A stretch of DNA of 64,000 nucleotides, taken from Octopus sinensis (Eukaryota). The position numbers and the translations under genes were made by a program. The notes under the pieces are model-generated. The model did not search any database, was not told the DNA's origin, and saw only the letters and a program-made list of their open reading frames with translations. Positions 11,555 to 23,816 of the stretch are shown one piece after another. The stretch's first letter is position 1. Each line of letters starts with the position of its first letter. The stretch lies in assembly GCF_006345805.1 (NCBI RefSeq), contig NC_043015.1:42656001-42720000 (forward strand). The letters run 5' to 3'.

Positions 11555-12464
11555 TATATTATCATAAATGAAAATATAACAAATAAACTTTGTCGCTCAG
11601 AGATTTTATTATTATGATTATTATGATGATTATTATTATTATTTTGCTTTATGGTTGATTAGAGTAATTTTAGCATTAAATGGAAATGTTTGTTTTATTT
11701 GAATAAATAGAAAAAAATAGGTGAAGTATAAGGGATGTGTAACAGCCTTGAGATATTGGTGTAGTGCCAAGCAGTAATGGTGTTTTTGTAGCAAGTATTT
11801 CCTGTTTAAAAGAAAAAATGTGTGGCCTTTTAATTCGTATCGTAGTGGCGACACTGACGCGATCTCGAAACCCCGCTGGCATTGACTTGACAACTTGAAT
11901 GAAATCTTCAAGTAAAACAGCGTGCTCGGGATCGAGTCACAGCCTCGTGTCACTATACAAAATAAACTCTACCTATTTTTAATTTAATTTGATTTATTAT
12001 TTTTTTCGAAACCTACTGACTGAGCAGATCTATGAACAGAGGTATTCCTGCCGTGACCCTCTTGACTTTTGGGAAACATTATAGATTATGTATTATCGGT
12101 AGTGACTACTATTGCTAGCAGATCTGGCGACCACATAGAGGCTTCCCTTAGAGTGGTTCCAATAACTGGGTGTTGTTTTCCATGCTCTTTGATTCGTTCC
12201 TTTCACAGGGAGTTTTTGGTCCTTTCTACTGGCATTTCGGGGTGGGTGGGTTAATCTCTGTAATATATGTGGGGGCAGAGGCATATACGTTTGTGGGGTT
12301 TGGCATTCATTTTTGCAGTCGGTCACTCGTTTTTGAGTTTCAATTGAAATTTTTCCTCTATAATCGATGAATCTGTTGTGATAGTGATGGTAGTAGTAGT
12401 AGTAGTAGCAGCAGCAATTATATCGAGGGTGGCAAAGTGTTCTTGAAGTGACTCTGCGATCCTG

Positions 12465-12500
<36 letters not shown>

Positions 12501-13689
12501 TACATTTTCAACTTAGTATCATAACTATTTCTTGTGTTTTTAACACCACGTACCTCAGTCACACAGTTCAAATAATTACTATTCTATTAAATTCAGAGTG
12601 TTTATACAAAGTCAGAAGTAGATGTCGTGTATGGAGCGACTTAGTTTCATACTCCCTCTACGTTTTCGGTTCGAATCTCGGCCAAGGGCGGCGACTAAAT
12701 TAGTAGTAGGGTTCTCGTCTTTGAATACAATACAAAAAATTTTTTAAAAATCATATGAAATTGTATTTGATGGGATTTAAAGACGGGTGCCAAGTACCAG
12801 TAACCTATTGGTGTTGGTTCCACTCGTAAACTTTTTTTTAACTGACTGTCCCCACCCTTCCTTACTTCTTCCAAATATGTGGCAACGTTATAAATTATCG
12901 TTGTCCCTTTTAACGATCCGAGTTCAAATCCTTCCAGAGTTTCCTTTTGACTTGCACCTTTCTGGAGCCCTTCAAATAAACACCTGTAATATATCAAGGA
13001 TCTCGTGAGTTCACAATGATTATTTTCCTATAAATGTGGAAGTCTTGTGACTCTAAGTAACTTTTTTTTTTCTTTTTGGATGACGGAATCGGTGGCGCGC
13101 CAGACAAAATCGTCTTGTGGTGTTTGGGCCCTGCTCTTTACGCTTTGTGTTCACATTCCCACCGAGGGGCGACTTTCCCCTATCTTTCCGGGACCTTTTA
13201 TCTGTATTATCTTGGTCGTTTCAGTCATCAGACTGCGGCCATGCTGGGGCACCGTATTGAGGAATTTTAGTCGAATGAATCGATCCCAGTATTTTTGTTT
13301 TAAAGCCTGGTCCCTTATTCTATCGGTCACTCTGCCCCAACCGTTAAGTTAGGTGAACGTAAATACACCAACACCGGTTGTCAAGCGGTAGTGGGGTCAG
13401 ATACACGCACGCACATACACGACTGGTTTCTTTCCGTCTGCCTATCCACTGGGCAAGGCTTACGTGGGCCCGAGCCTATTAGTAGAAGGTGGGACTTCAA
13501 CCCGGAACCATATGGCTAGAAAACGAACTTCTTGACACAGAGCCGTGCAAGCGCTTAGAAAAAAAACCAAAAAAATTAAAATTTAAAAATCCCTATCAGC
13601 AAGTACTGGGATCGATTCCATCTACTGTAACCCCTTCGTTTTCCACCCCCCCTGGTCCAATCACAGTCACTCTTGTATTTGTAGTGTTG

Positions 13690-13930
13690 TAACCGAGTTC
13701 GTTTTGGTTGTTGACATCGTTACATGTTTTTTTTCTCGTTTAAACTTCTCTCGTGGCGAAAACACGCATTTCCATTTGACAAGTTCCGGTTGAATGGTTT
13801 TAAGCATTTATTAATATCCTCTCAACTCTTTTCAAGTGGCCTACTTTCATGGCCTCGTAAATTTATCCTATATATTTTTTTCTTCTTGTCTTTGTGAACG
13901 TTCAGTTCTATGGTTGAATGTTCCAGTTAT
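13690..13930 (-). pseudogene. Possible very old LINE endonuclease remnant
   Basis: Minus-strand ITGTFN...KFKREKKHVT loosely resembles GDFN...F.K..KH.TW. Many stops. Confidence 0.25.
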
Positions 13931-14339
13931 AAAATAGTGTTTTTTGTTACATCTAAATACTACAGTGTCTGTCTTTTGTTTTCATTGTTACCAAAAATAA
14001 TTTGGCTGTTGTTTTTAGCAGGTCGACAGACCACATAAGTGTTTTTGTTTACAGGTTGATTTCAGTTCATAGTGTTGTAAATTTGAGTGCTTTTCGTAGG
14101 ATTGACAAACTGCCCCCCCCCCACCAAAACAGGATATTGGCGCAGACATGGCAGTGTCCTGAAGAAGGTTGCTTTACAATAACGGTGTTACAGGTTCAGT
14201 CCCACTTTGCAACACCTTGGGCATGTCTGCTATAGCACCTGGTTGACCAATGACTTTTAAGTGAATTTGGCTGATGGAAATTGTTTCAAAGCCTTCCGCG
14301 TGCACACGTATATATATATATGTATGTGTGTGTGTATAA

Positions 14340-14592
14340 ATGTTTGGGCCAGTTGTAAATAAATGGGCCAGAAATGTAAATAAACCCAATCTGTTTCTTA
14401 AACGAGGGACATATTCATATGGCACAGAATGTTTTTTACATCAATAGACGTCATTGATTGGTTGAAATTGCAGAAATTGAAGAAAAAAACAACAAATATC
14501 TTACAAATTATAAAATTTTCTCAATAAAGCCGAGAGAAAAAGATGTTTTATAAACACATTCTACCAGTATACGAAGTTTAAAAGTGTTTAGT
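14340..14592. repeat. Unclassified interspersed repeat also present at about 195-330
   Basis: Shared GATTGGTT..AAATT...ACACATTCTACCAGTATAC.AAGTTT.AAAGTGTTTAGTT. Confidence 0.6.
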
Positions 14593-14801
14593 TACTCTCT
14601 CTCTTTTACTTGTTTCAGTCATTTGACTGTGGCCTTGCTGGAGCACTGCCTTCAGTCGACCAAATCGGCCCTGGGACTTATTCTTTGTAAGCCTAGTACT
14701 TATTCTTTCGGTTTCTTTTGCCGAACCGCTAAGTGACGGGGATATAAACACACCAGCATCGGTTGTCAAGCAATGCTAGGGGGACAAACACAGATACACA
14801 A

Positions 14802-14852
<51 letters not shown>

Positions 14853-15024
14853 CATACATATATACGATGGGCTTCTTTCAGTTTCCGTCTACCAAATCCA
14901 CTCACAAGGCTTTGGTCGGCCTGAGGCTATAGTAGAAGACACTTGCCCAAGATGCCACGCAGTGGGATTGAACCCGGAACAATATGTGGTTGGTAAGCAA
15001 GCTACTTACCACACAGCCACTTCC
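14593..15024 (-). mobile_element. SINE family A
   Basis: Full-length copy with A-box TGGCTGTGTGGTAAG, B-box-like GGTTCAATCCC, internal microsatellite and tandem AGAG-rich tail. Confidence 0.9.
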
Positions 15025-15358
15025 GTTACGTGGATATTATTTTAAAAAACTGCTGTTCAAACTGAAAAGATCCTAAAATCGTTCTTATAACTGAACCTAA
15101 AAACAAATGTTATAGTGTGTGTGTGTGTTTGTTTGTTTCCCACCGTTGCTTGACAATTTTGGTTTGTTTACGTCTCCGTAACTTAGCAGTTTGGCAAGAT
15201 ACCAACAGAAAAAATACCAGACTTGAAAATAAGGCCTTGGGGGTGGTGGATTTTTTTGTTTGTTTTTAACAAATTTAAGGCAGTGTTCCAGCATGGCCAC
15301 AGTCCAATGAGTGTAAGAAATGAAAGGTAAAGGATACCACTGTAGGTGGTAAAGTATA

Positions 15359-15588
15359 TACTCTTTACTCTTTTACTTGTTTCAGTCAGTTGACTGCGGC
15401 CATGCTGGAGCACCGCCTTTAGTCGAGCAACTCGACCCCGGGACTTATTTTTTGTAAGCCCAGTACTTATTCTATCGGTCTCTTTTGCCGAACCGCTAAG
15501 TGACGGGGACATAAACACACCAGCATCGGTTGTCAAGCAATGCTTGGGGGACAAACACAGACACACAAACATACATGCACACACACAC

Positions 15589-15645
<57 letters not shown>

Positions 15646-15803
15646 GCTTCTTTCAGTTTCCGTCTACCAAATCCACTCACAAGGCTTTGGTCGGCCCGAG
15701 GCTATAGTAGAAGACACTTGGCCAAGGTGCCATGCAGTGGGACTTGAATCCGGAACCATGTGGTTGGTAAACAAGCTACTTACCACACAGCCACTCCTGC
15801 GCC
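15359..15803 (-). mobile_element. SINE family A
   Basis: Full-length copy starting GGCGCAGGAGTGGCTGTGTGG on the minus strand. Confidence 0.9.
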
Positions 15804-17287
15804 TGTATGGTTTTTTAAAAAGTTTTTGTGACAGATGAAGCCCCACAGTGAAAACTATGGAAAATAGCAAGTTTGTCTAGCATTAAGCAAGAACCAAAAT
15901 TAATAAGTTTAGTGTACTGAAGCAAAAACAATTGCTGCATGTAGAAGGTGTATATAAGCCATTTAAAAACTCACAAAAACCATTAGATTCACTTCAACAT
16001 CATCGTTTAACGTCTGTTTTCCATGCTAGCATGGGTTGGACGGTTTGACTGTGGGCTGGTGAACCAGATGGCTGCACCAGGCTCCAGTCTTGATCTGGCA
16101 GAGTTTTTACAGCTGGATGCCTTTCCTATTGCCAACCACTACGAGATTGTAGTGGGTGCTTTTACGTGCCACCGGCACGGGGGCCAGTCCGGCGGTACTG
16201 GCAACGACCTCGCTCGAATTAAAAAAAATTTTTTTACACATGCCAATGGCACAGGTGCCAGTAAGGCAATGCTGGTAACGATCCTGCTCGAATGGTGCCT
16301 CCTACATGCCACCGGCACGGAAGCCAGTTAGCCACTCAGGCAACGATCATGCTCAGATGGTGCTCTTAGCACCCTACTAGCACGGGGCACAAGTGTCAGT
16401 AAGGTAAAGCTGATATCGATCACACTTGGATGGTGCCTTTTATGTGCCACTGGCACGGAAGCCAGCTAACCGCTCTGTCAACAATCACGCTCGTAAGATA
16501 ATTGAATATCTTCCGGGTAAGTCACCATCAAAAATCAGCGATGCCAAGTAGACAGTGCCAAAGCAGCTGTGCCGACATGTCTCATACCATTTCAAACCTG
16601 TTGTCCAGACAAGGATGTCAGTTTTACTCTTGACCTTTTACATCTGAAAAAAAAATGACTCCAGTAAAACAAATGGGGTAGGAAGTATGGTTTGGTCTGA
16701 TTTTAATCTTGTCTGAATGCTTGCAACACTAAACTCTGCCATTGTTGACTGGTATTAAGCAGTGTACAAATCGAAACTGAAACAGAAGTATAATTATGAT
16801 TGATGTTTATGAGTTAGTTTCAATGCTTCATTATAAAAGGAAAATACCTAGTGAAAAAAAAATACTATTTTGAAATTGTTGTCCTTTTAGTTTGCTTGCC
16901 AAGTACTAGTCTGACTAGGGAGAGGCATGGACTTCCCACTTCTAATTTTATTACCTATTTCTGTAAAATATGAAGCTTTGTTTTTATAAATAAAACCGTA
17001 TGTTTGTACACACACACACACACGCACGCACACCTGAACACACGCACGCACGCACATGCATAAATGCATGCATGGAAAAAGAAGAAAAGAAACATTGCCA
17101 AAATACACAAACTAAGGACCGGTTTTACCTATATTTGTTGGCATAGACTAATGGCTTAATGAATGAACACTATGAATACAGGTGTGTATATATATGTATA
17201 CACACACACACACTTTTTCTCTGGCAATTTTACACTTGCTACAACTAATGTTGCATTATGTATGTATATATATATATATATATATAT

Positions 17288-17451
17288 GCGTAGGAGTGGC
17301 TGTATGGTAAGTAGCTTGCTTACGAACCACATGGTTCCGGGTTCAGTCCCACTGCGTGGCACCTTGGGCAAATGTCTTCTACTATAGCCTCGGGCCGACC
17401 AAGGCCTTGTGAGTGGATTTGGTAGATGGAAACTGAAAAAAGCCCATCGTA

Positions 17452-17496
<45 letters not shown>

Positions 17497-17690
17497 GTGC
17501 GTGTATATATTTGTGTGTCTGTGTTTGTCCCCACCAACATCGCTTGACAACTGATGCTAGTGTGTTTACGTCCCCGTAACTTAGCGGTTCGGCAAAACAG
17601 ACCGATAGAATAAGTCCTGGTGTCGATTTGCTTGACTAAAGGCGGTGCTCCAGCATGGCTGAAGTCAAATGACTGAAGCAAGTAAAAGAG
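17288..17690 (+). mobile_element. SINE family A
   Basis: Full-length plus-strand copy. Confidence 0.9.
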
Positions 17691-18078
17691 ATGTATGTAT
17701 GTATGTATGTGAAGGCACATGGCTCAATGGTTAGTGTTGGGCTCACAATCATGAGGTAGTGAGTTTGATTCCTGGACTGGGCTGTGTTGTGTTTTTGATC
17801 CAAATCCTTTTATTTCACATTGCTCCTGTTTGCTCATCTGCAGAAATGAGTTGCGATGTCACTGATGCCAAGCTATATGGGTCATTACCCTTCCCTTGGT
17901 TAACATAGGTGGTGTGGGGAAAGAGAGGCCAATATGCATGGGCAACTGCTGATCTGCCATAAACAATCTTGCTCAGACTTCTGCCTCAGAGGGAACTTTC
18001 TAGTCGCAATCCCATGGTCATTCATGACCAAAGGGATTCTTTACTCTTGTGTGTGTGTGTGTGTGTATATGTAGTTAA

Positions 18079-18320
18079 AGTGGCGAGCTGGCAGAAATGT
18101 TAGCATGCCAGGCGAAATGCTTAGCCGTATTTCGTCTGCCGTTAAGTTCTGAGTTCAAATTCCGCCGAGGTCGACTTTGCCTTTCATCCTTTCGGGGGTC
18201 GATAAATTAAGTACCAGTTATGCACTGGTGTCGGTGTAATTGACTTAATCTATTTGTCTGTCCTTGTTTGTCCCCTCTGTGTTTAGCCCTCTGTGGGTAG
18301 TAAAGAAATATATATATATA
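18079..18320 (+). mobile_element. SINE family B monomer with 13-bp TSD
   Basis: TATATGTAGTTAA at 18066-18078 and 18321-18333. Confidence 0.9.
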
Positions 18321-18431
18321 TATATGTAGTTAATCCAAACATGAAAACACAAAGAGAAAACACAACAATACAAGGACGTGAAACCAATATACTGTTATTG
18401 GATGCTCAGGAAAGGAAAGAAAGAATTAGGA

Positions 18432-18464
18432 TTTAACGTTTCGAGCGGAGCTCTTTGTCAGAAA
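18432..18464 (-). ncRNA. Minimal hammerhead-like motif within a ~200-bp element (about 18334-18532)
   Basis: Minus strand TTT-CTGACAAA-GAGC-TCC-GCTC-GAAAC-GT-T-AAA. Position G8 is mutated. Confidence 0.55.
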
Positions 18465-18959
18465 CATAGGAAAAGGAAAGGTCCAAGGAAGGGACGACAG
18501 AGGAAAAAATCGCCAATGGTACACACGCGGTCTTGTGCAGGAGTGATTAAAAAGCTTGCTCCTCGGCCATGAGGTTTTGGGTTCAGTCCTGCTGCACGAC
18601 ACCATGGGCAAGTGACTTCTATAACCAGGGGCTGGCCTAATGCCTTGTGAGTGGATTTGGTAGATGGGATCTGGAAGAAGCAGGCTGTATACAAGTATGT
18701 GTGTGTGTGTGTGTGTTTGTGTCTCTTTTCCTTGATGTCAAACAGTAGTTATAAATGGTCACCACAGCTATACATGTGATGTTACTAGTTTCTGGCCCTC
18801 CAGGGAAAGGATGTCTGACTACAGGGGAACATTACTCTGCTTGGAAACAAGGGTTGGTAACAGGAAGGACATCCAGCTTTAGAAAATCTGTTCAATTACT
18901 TTTTGACCCATGTACAAATATGGGAAAGTGGATGTTTGATGATATGGTTTAACCCCACC

Positions 18960-19430
18960 CCAATCATTTGTGGCATTATGTAGATGTGTTTTATGTACAA
19001 GATGGGGGGCAGCCTCACCTGGGCACTTTGTAATTGAGGAATACTGGTGCAAGTATTTCTGGATGGGTAGCAGAACAAGAGTGGGTGGAATAGGCATATT
19101 GTTGACAGACGAATGGATATTATTGAATCTGTCAAATTCTTTGACAGAATCATTAACCCTTTGACTAGTTTCAGACAACAGAGCCACAGTGAACTTGGCA
19201 TATTTATTGCAGTAACGACTGATTTATGAGCAGAAAGATCATTTCTATGTAATCTTCTTACAGATTACCTCAGTTAAGTGACAATGACCTCGTTGTCATG
19301 GCTGGTAAATTTAGCATGTTGGGCAACACTGTGGTAGCTACTTTGGTGTATGTGAATGCATTAGATATGGTGTATTGAAACAATTAGAAATTAAGGGTTG
19401 TTGAATTCTGTGATGTGAATGACCATGGGA
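18960..19430 (+). pseudogene. Degenerate RTE-LINE AP-endonuclease fragment
   Basis: Translated RWGAAS...KYFWMGSRTRVGGIGILLTDEW, then KDHFY and later VVEFCD, matches RTE endonuclease motifs (RW.G, FW.G...GGVGILL, KD.FY, LEFC) with stops and frameshifts. Confidence 0.7.
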
Positions 19431-20825
19431 TTGCACTTGGAAAGTTACCCTCTGAGGCGCAAGTCCAAGCAAGGTTGTTTATGGAAAACCAGCAATTGCC
19501 CCTGCATACCAACCTCCCCTCTTCACACCACCAGTGTTATCCAAGGTAAAGGCAAAGGGGCCGATACAGTTTGGTACCAGTGACGTCGCAACTCATTTCT
19601 TCAGCTGATTGAACTGGAGCAACATGAAATAAAGTGTCTTCCTCAAGAACACAACACACAGCTTGGTGTAGGAATTGAACTCACTACTTTATGATTGTGA
19701 GCCTGACGCTCTAACTATTGAGCCATGTGCTTTCTTTGACATAAGTAACCTAACCATTATTTATTGTCCAATTTCCTTATAAGGCATTGCTTGACCTGGG
19801 GCTACAGTAGAAGACAATAACACTAGGTATTGTGAAGTCACATGGGACCCAAAACCATATGGTCCAGAAGTGTCTTTGTATACATCTGTCTATGTGTGTG
19901 AAAATATATACTAATATATACGCCGGTGGCACGTGTAAATAGATTCGAGCGAGGTCATTGCCAGTACCTCCTGACTGGCCCCCGTGCCGGTGGCACGTAA
20001 AAAGCACTGACTACACTCTCTGAGTGGTTGGCGTTAGGAAGGGGATCCAGCTGTAGAAACTCTGCCAGATCAAGATTGGAGCCTGGTGCAGCCATCTGGT
20101 TCGCCATCCCTCAGTCAAAACCGTCCAACCCATGCTAGCGTGGAAAGCGGACGTTAAACGATGATGATGATGATACTATATATACTTAATCGTCCAACCC
20201 ATGCTAGCATGGAAAGCGGACGTTAAACGATGATGATGTTGATAAAATGTTCCATGTGTCTTAAAGGGTCATTGGGTACACCTTTAAGTCATTTTTCTAT
20301 AGCATGTTGACAATAGTCGAGTTTGTCCATCTTCATGGACCTATTTGGAAAACGGGCATGTGAAAGAATAGGCCCAACATTTCCCCTGTGTCTCGTAAAA
20401 GGTGACTAAAAGCAGCTGAAGTAGGATTTGCACCCTGGCTGCCCTCTTAAAATCCTCAACAGCAGCAGCTATCCAAATAGACCCAAGGGTTGGAGGGTTG
20501 TCACTGGAGTAGTGCAAAAGTGTTGTCTGCCAGGAATAGCAGAGAATCACCAACAAATGGTGATGCAGCGATGCCCTGTTACAGTGCATGCCCTCTGTTC
20601 TACTACTACATGGACCTCTTCCATTGAGATTTGAAGCTGTTTCTAAACTAGAATCACTAAGAGATGACCTTTACTCCATAGTGTTTACCACATACTTGTG
20701 TGTGTGTTGTTTTATGTAAGCATTTGTACAAAACCTGACTGGAGAATAAACTTCAAACCCCCAGGAGATGACCTTTACTCTGTGATGTTTGGCACACTCT
20801 CGTATGTGTGTGTGTATATATTATT

Positions 20826-21282
20826 AGTGGCACATAAAAGGCACCATTCGAGTGTGATCATTACCAGCGTCGCCTTACTGGTACTTGTGCCCCGTGCTAG
20901 TAGGGTGCCAAGAGCACCATCCAAGCATGATCGTTGCCAGAGCAGCCAACTGGCTTCCGCGCCCGTGGCACATAAAAGGGCACCATTCGAGTGTGTTTGT
21001 TACCAACATTGCCTTACTGGCACCTGTGCTGGTGGCATGTGTAAAAAGATTCAAGCGAGACCATTGCCAGTACCACCTGACTGGCCTCCGTGCCAGTGGA
21101 ACATGAAAAGCACCCACTACACTCTCGGAGTGGTTGGCATTTGGAAGGGCATCCAGCTGTAGAAACTCTGCCAGATCAAGATTGGGGCCTGGTGCAGCCA
21201 TCTGGTTCGCCAGCCCACAGTCAAAATTGTCCAACCCATGCTAGCATGGAAAGCGGACGTTAAATGAGGATGATGATGATGT
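20826..21282 (+). mobile_element. RTE LINE 3' UTR copy (family C) with internal ~65-75-bp subrepeats
   Basis: Same tail as above. Other copies lie at about 15998-16495(-), 19921-20240(+), 29223-29580(-), 50103-50570(-), 50907-51023(+), 58531-58800(-), 60261-60620(-) and 62449-62690(+). Confidence 0.82.
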
Positions 21283-21446
21283 ATGAGTAAAAATTGAAAA
21301 GCTTTGCTGGAGAATAAGCTTCAAAACCCCATTTATCATGTATCAACCCTGCATTGTGTCTGCTGTGATGCCCTCCACTTCTCTGATGGCCACGTCCACT
21401 TAGCTTGTTGTTGGGAGTGTTTGGTTTATAGAATGGCATTGTTACA

Positions 21447-21849
21447 AAGGTGGCAAGCTGGCAGAAACGTTAGCACGCCGGGCGAGATGCTTAGCGGTAT
21501 TTCGTTTGCCGTTACATTCTGAGTTCAAATTCCTTTGCCTTTCATCCTTTCGAGGTCGATTAAATGAGTACCAGTTATGCACTGGAGTCGATGTAATCGA
21601 TATAATCCGTGTGTCTGTCCTTGTTTGTCCTCTCTGTGTTTAGCCCCTTGTGGGTAGTAAAGAAATAGGTATTTCGTCTGCTATTACGTTCTGAGTTCAA
21701 ATTCCGCCGAGGTCGACTTTGCCTTTCATCCCTTTGGGGTCGATAAATTAAGTACCATTTATGCACCGGGGTCGATGTATTCGACTTAATCCGTTTGTCT
21801 CTCTTTGTTTGTCCCCTCTATGCTCTTTAGCCCCTTGTGGGCAAAAAAA
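21447..21849 (+). mobile_element. SINE family B head + dimer with 17-bp TSD
   Basis: AGAATGGCATTGT(T/C)ACA at 21430-21446 and 21850-21866. Confidence 0.9.
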
Positions 21850-22772
21850 AGAATGGCATTGTCACATTTGCTGTGGTTTTCACAGTAAAATTTAGTGATA
21901 CATTATCTTGCAGTACTGGTTTTGTTTCCTCCAACAGAAGAATTTACTTGTAATACAGGTGTCTTTCTTTCCCAAGACAAGATTGTTTTCTCGTTTGCTG
22001 GTTGCCATAGAAACCAGCAACTGGCTCCCAAGGACTGACCATTTGGATTGCTAATCTAGTAAAACTCATCAGAATATAAATAACAAGTGCTTTGACAAAT
22101 AATTTTAGAGTATATTGGCGACATTTTTTTTCGTAATGACTAAAGTAATATAATAGACAAAGGAAAGAAAGAGGAAAAGGACTAAGGAATATTTTATATC
22201 CACATACATGTGGTATAGGCTTAAGCGTGGATTTTCAATCATGTGGTTCCGGGTTCAGTCCTACGGCATAGCACCCTGGGCAAGTGTCTTTTACTGTAGC
22301 CTCAGGCTGACCAAAGACTTGTCTGTGGATTTGGTTGATGGAAACTGAAAGAAGCCCGTCGTGTGTGTATTTGTGTCTGTTTGCCCACCCCACCATTCTT
22401 GACAACCAGTGTTGGTGTGTTTACGTCTCTGTAACTTAGCAGTTTGGCAAAAGAGATCAATAGAATAAGTACCAGGCTTACAAAGAATAAGTCCTGGGGA
22501 TCGATTTCTTTGACTAAAAACCCTTCAAGGAAGAATCGATTATATTGGCCCCCCAGTACTCAACTGATACTAATTTTATTGTCCTCAAATGGTTGAAAGG
22601 CTAAGTTTCCCTCAGTAGGATTTGAACTTAAAATGTAAGGAGTTGGAAGAAATGCTGCTAAGCATTTCTCCCATGGTTCCAAAATATCATGAATCACTGC
22701 CAAATGTTTCATTTTTTTTTTCTTAGCATCATGTCTTGGAACCAGATGCATTTTGACTTTTCCCTAATCTTT

Positions 22773-23004
22773 TTAAACCCTTTACTGTTCACATTATTCT
22801 GCCAAAATTAATCCTTTTTTATCCACTTTGTTTTGAACTAATCATGCATTAATCTTGTAGCTATGAGATTTCGATGAGGTAGCTGTTAATTTTTAAAACG
22901 ATATTGTAGGGTTGGTGTGAGAGACCAGATCTGGCCAGTTTGGACATAAAACAGTCAGAATACTTTTGGCCAGATATAACCGGTTTAAATGCTAAAAGGG
23001 TTAA
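22773..23004. mobile_element. Second TTAA/CCC..GGG MITE-like family
   Basis: Ends TAAAAGGGTTAA. Diverged relatives at about 34340-34470, 34958-35135, 56707-56905 and 61745-61830 share GAGAGACCAGATCTGGCCAGTTTG. Confidence 0.6.
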
Positions 23005-23269
23005 CCCTAAACCAGAGTCAACATGTTTCCATCGGGTCACTGCCTTATATAGAATAAAAAAGACAAAAAAGGTGGTCCTTGCTGGAAAAGTTTTGAATCT
23101 GGGACTAAACAGCAGCAGCAGCAGCAACCCTGTAATATATTGGGGTCAACCAACAATGTCTTCATCCATTACATTAAGTGGTCTTGTGTTACACCAAATG
23201 AAACCTGGATGTTAACATTTTAGAGCAGTTTAGCTTTTAGTTTATTGATATTTTCTCCAAGCAGTGGAA

Positions 23270-23816
23270 ACACACACACACACACACTCTTTCTTTCCTT
23301 TCTTTTTCTTTTTCCTTTTTTCTTTCTTTCTTTCTTTCTCTCTTTCTTTCTTTCTCTCTCTTCTTTCTTTCTCTCTCTTTTTCTTTCTCTCTCTTTCTTT
23401 CTTTCTCTCTCTTTCTTTCTTTCTCTCTCTTTCTCTCTCTCTTTCTCTCCCTCTCTCTTTCTCTCCCTCTCTTGCTCTTTCTCTCTCTTGCTCTTTCTCT
23501 CTCTTGCTCTTTCTCTCTCTTGCTCTTTCTCTCTCTTGCTCTTTCTCTCTCTTGCTCTTTCTCCCTCTTGCTCTTTCTCCCTCTCTTGCTCTTTCTCTCT
23601 CTTGCTCTTTCTCTCTCTCTTGCTCTTTCTCTCTCTCTTGCTCTTTTTCTCTCTCTTGCTCTTTTTCTCTCTCTTGCTCTTTTTCTCTCTCTTGCTCTTT
23701 TTCTCTCTCTTGCTCTTTTTCTCTCTCTTGCTCTTTCTCTCTCTCTTGCTCTTTCTCTCTCTGTTTTTTTTCTCTCTCTCTCCCTCTCTCTCCCTCTCTC
23801 CTCTCTCTCTCTTTCA
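23270..23816. repeat. CT-rich low-complexity region with an ~18-bp CTCTTGCTCTTT(C/T)TCTCT minisatellite
   Basis: Direct reading. Source of the 23242-24032 pseudo-ORFs. Confidence 0.95.

Noticed and set aside
14150-14200. CTGAAGA motif at about 14160
   Set aside because: No downstream GAAA, stem II or stem III can be formed; likely a chance match.
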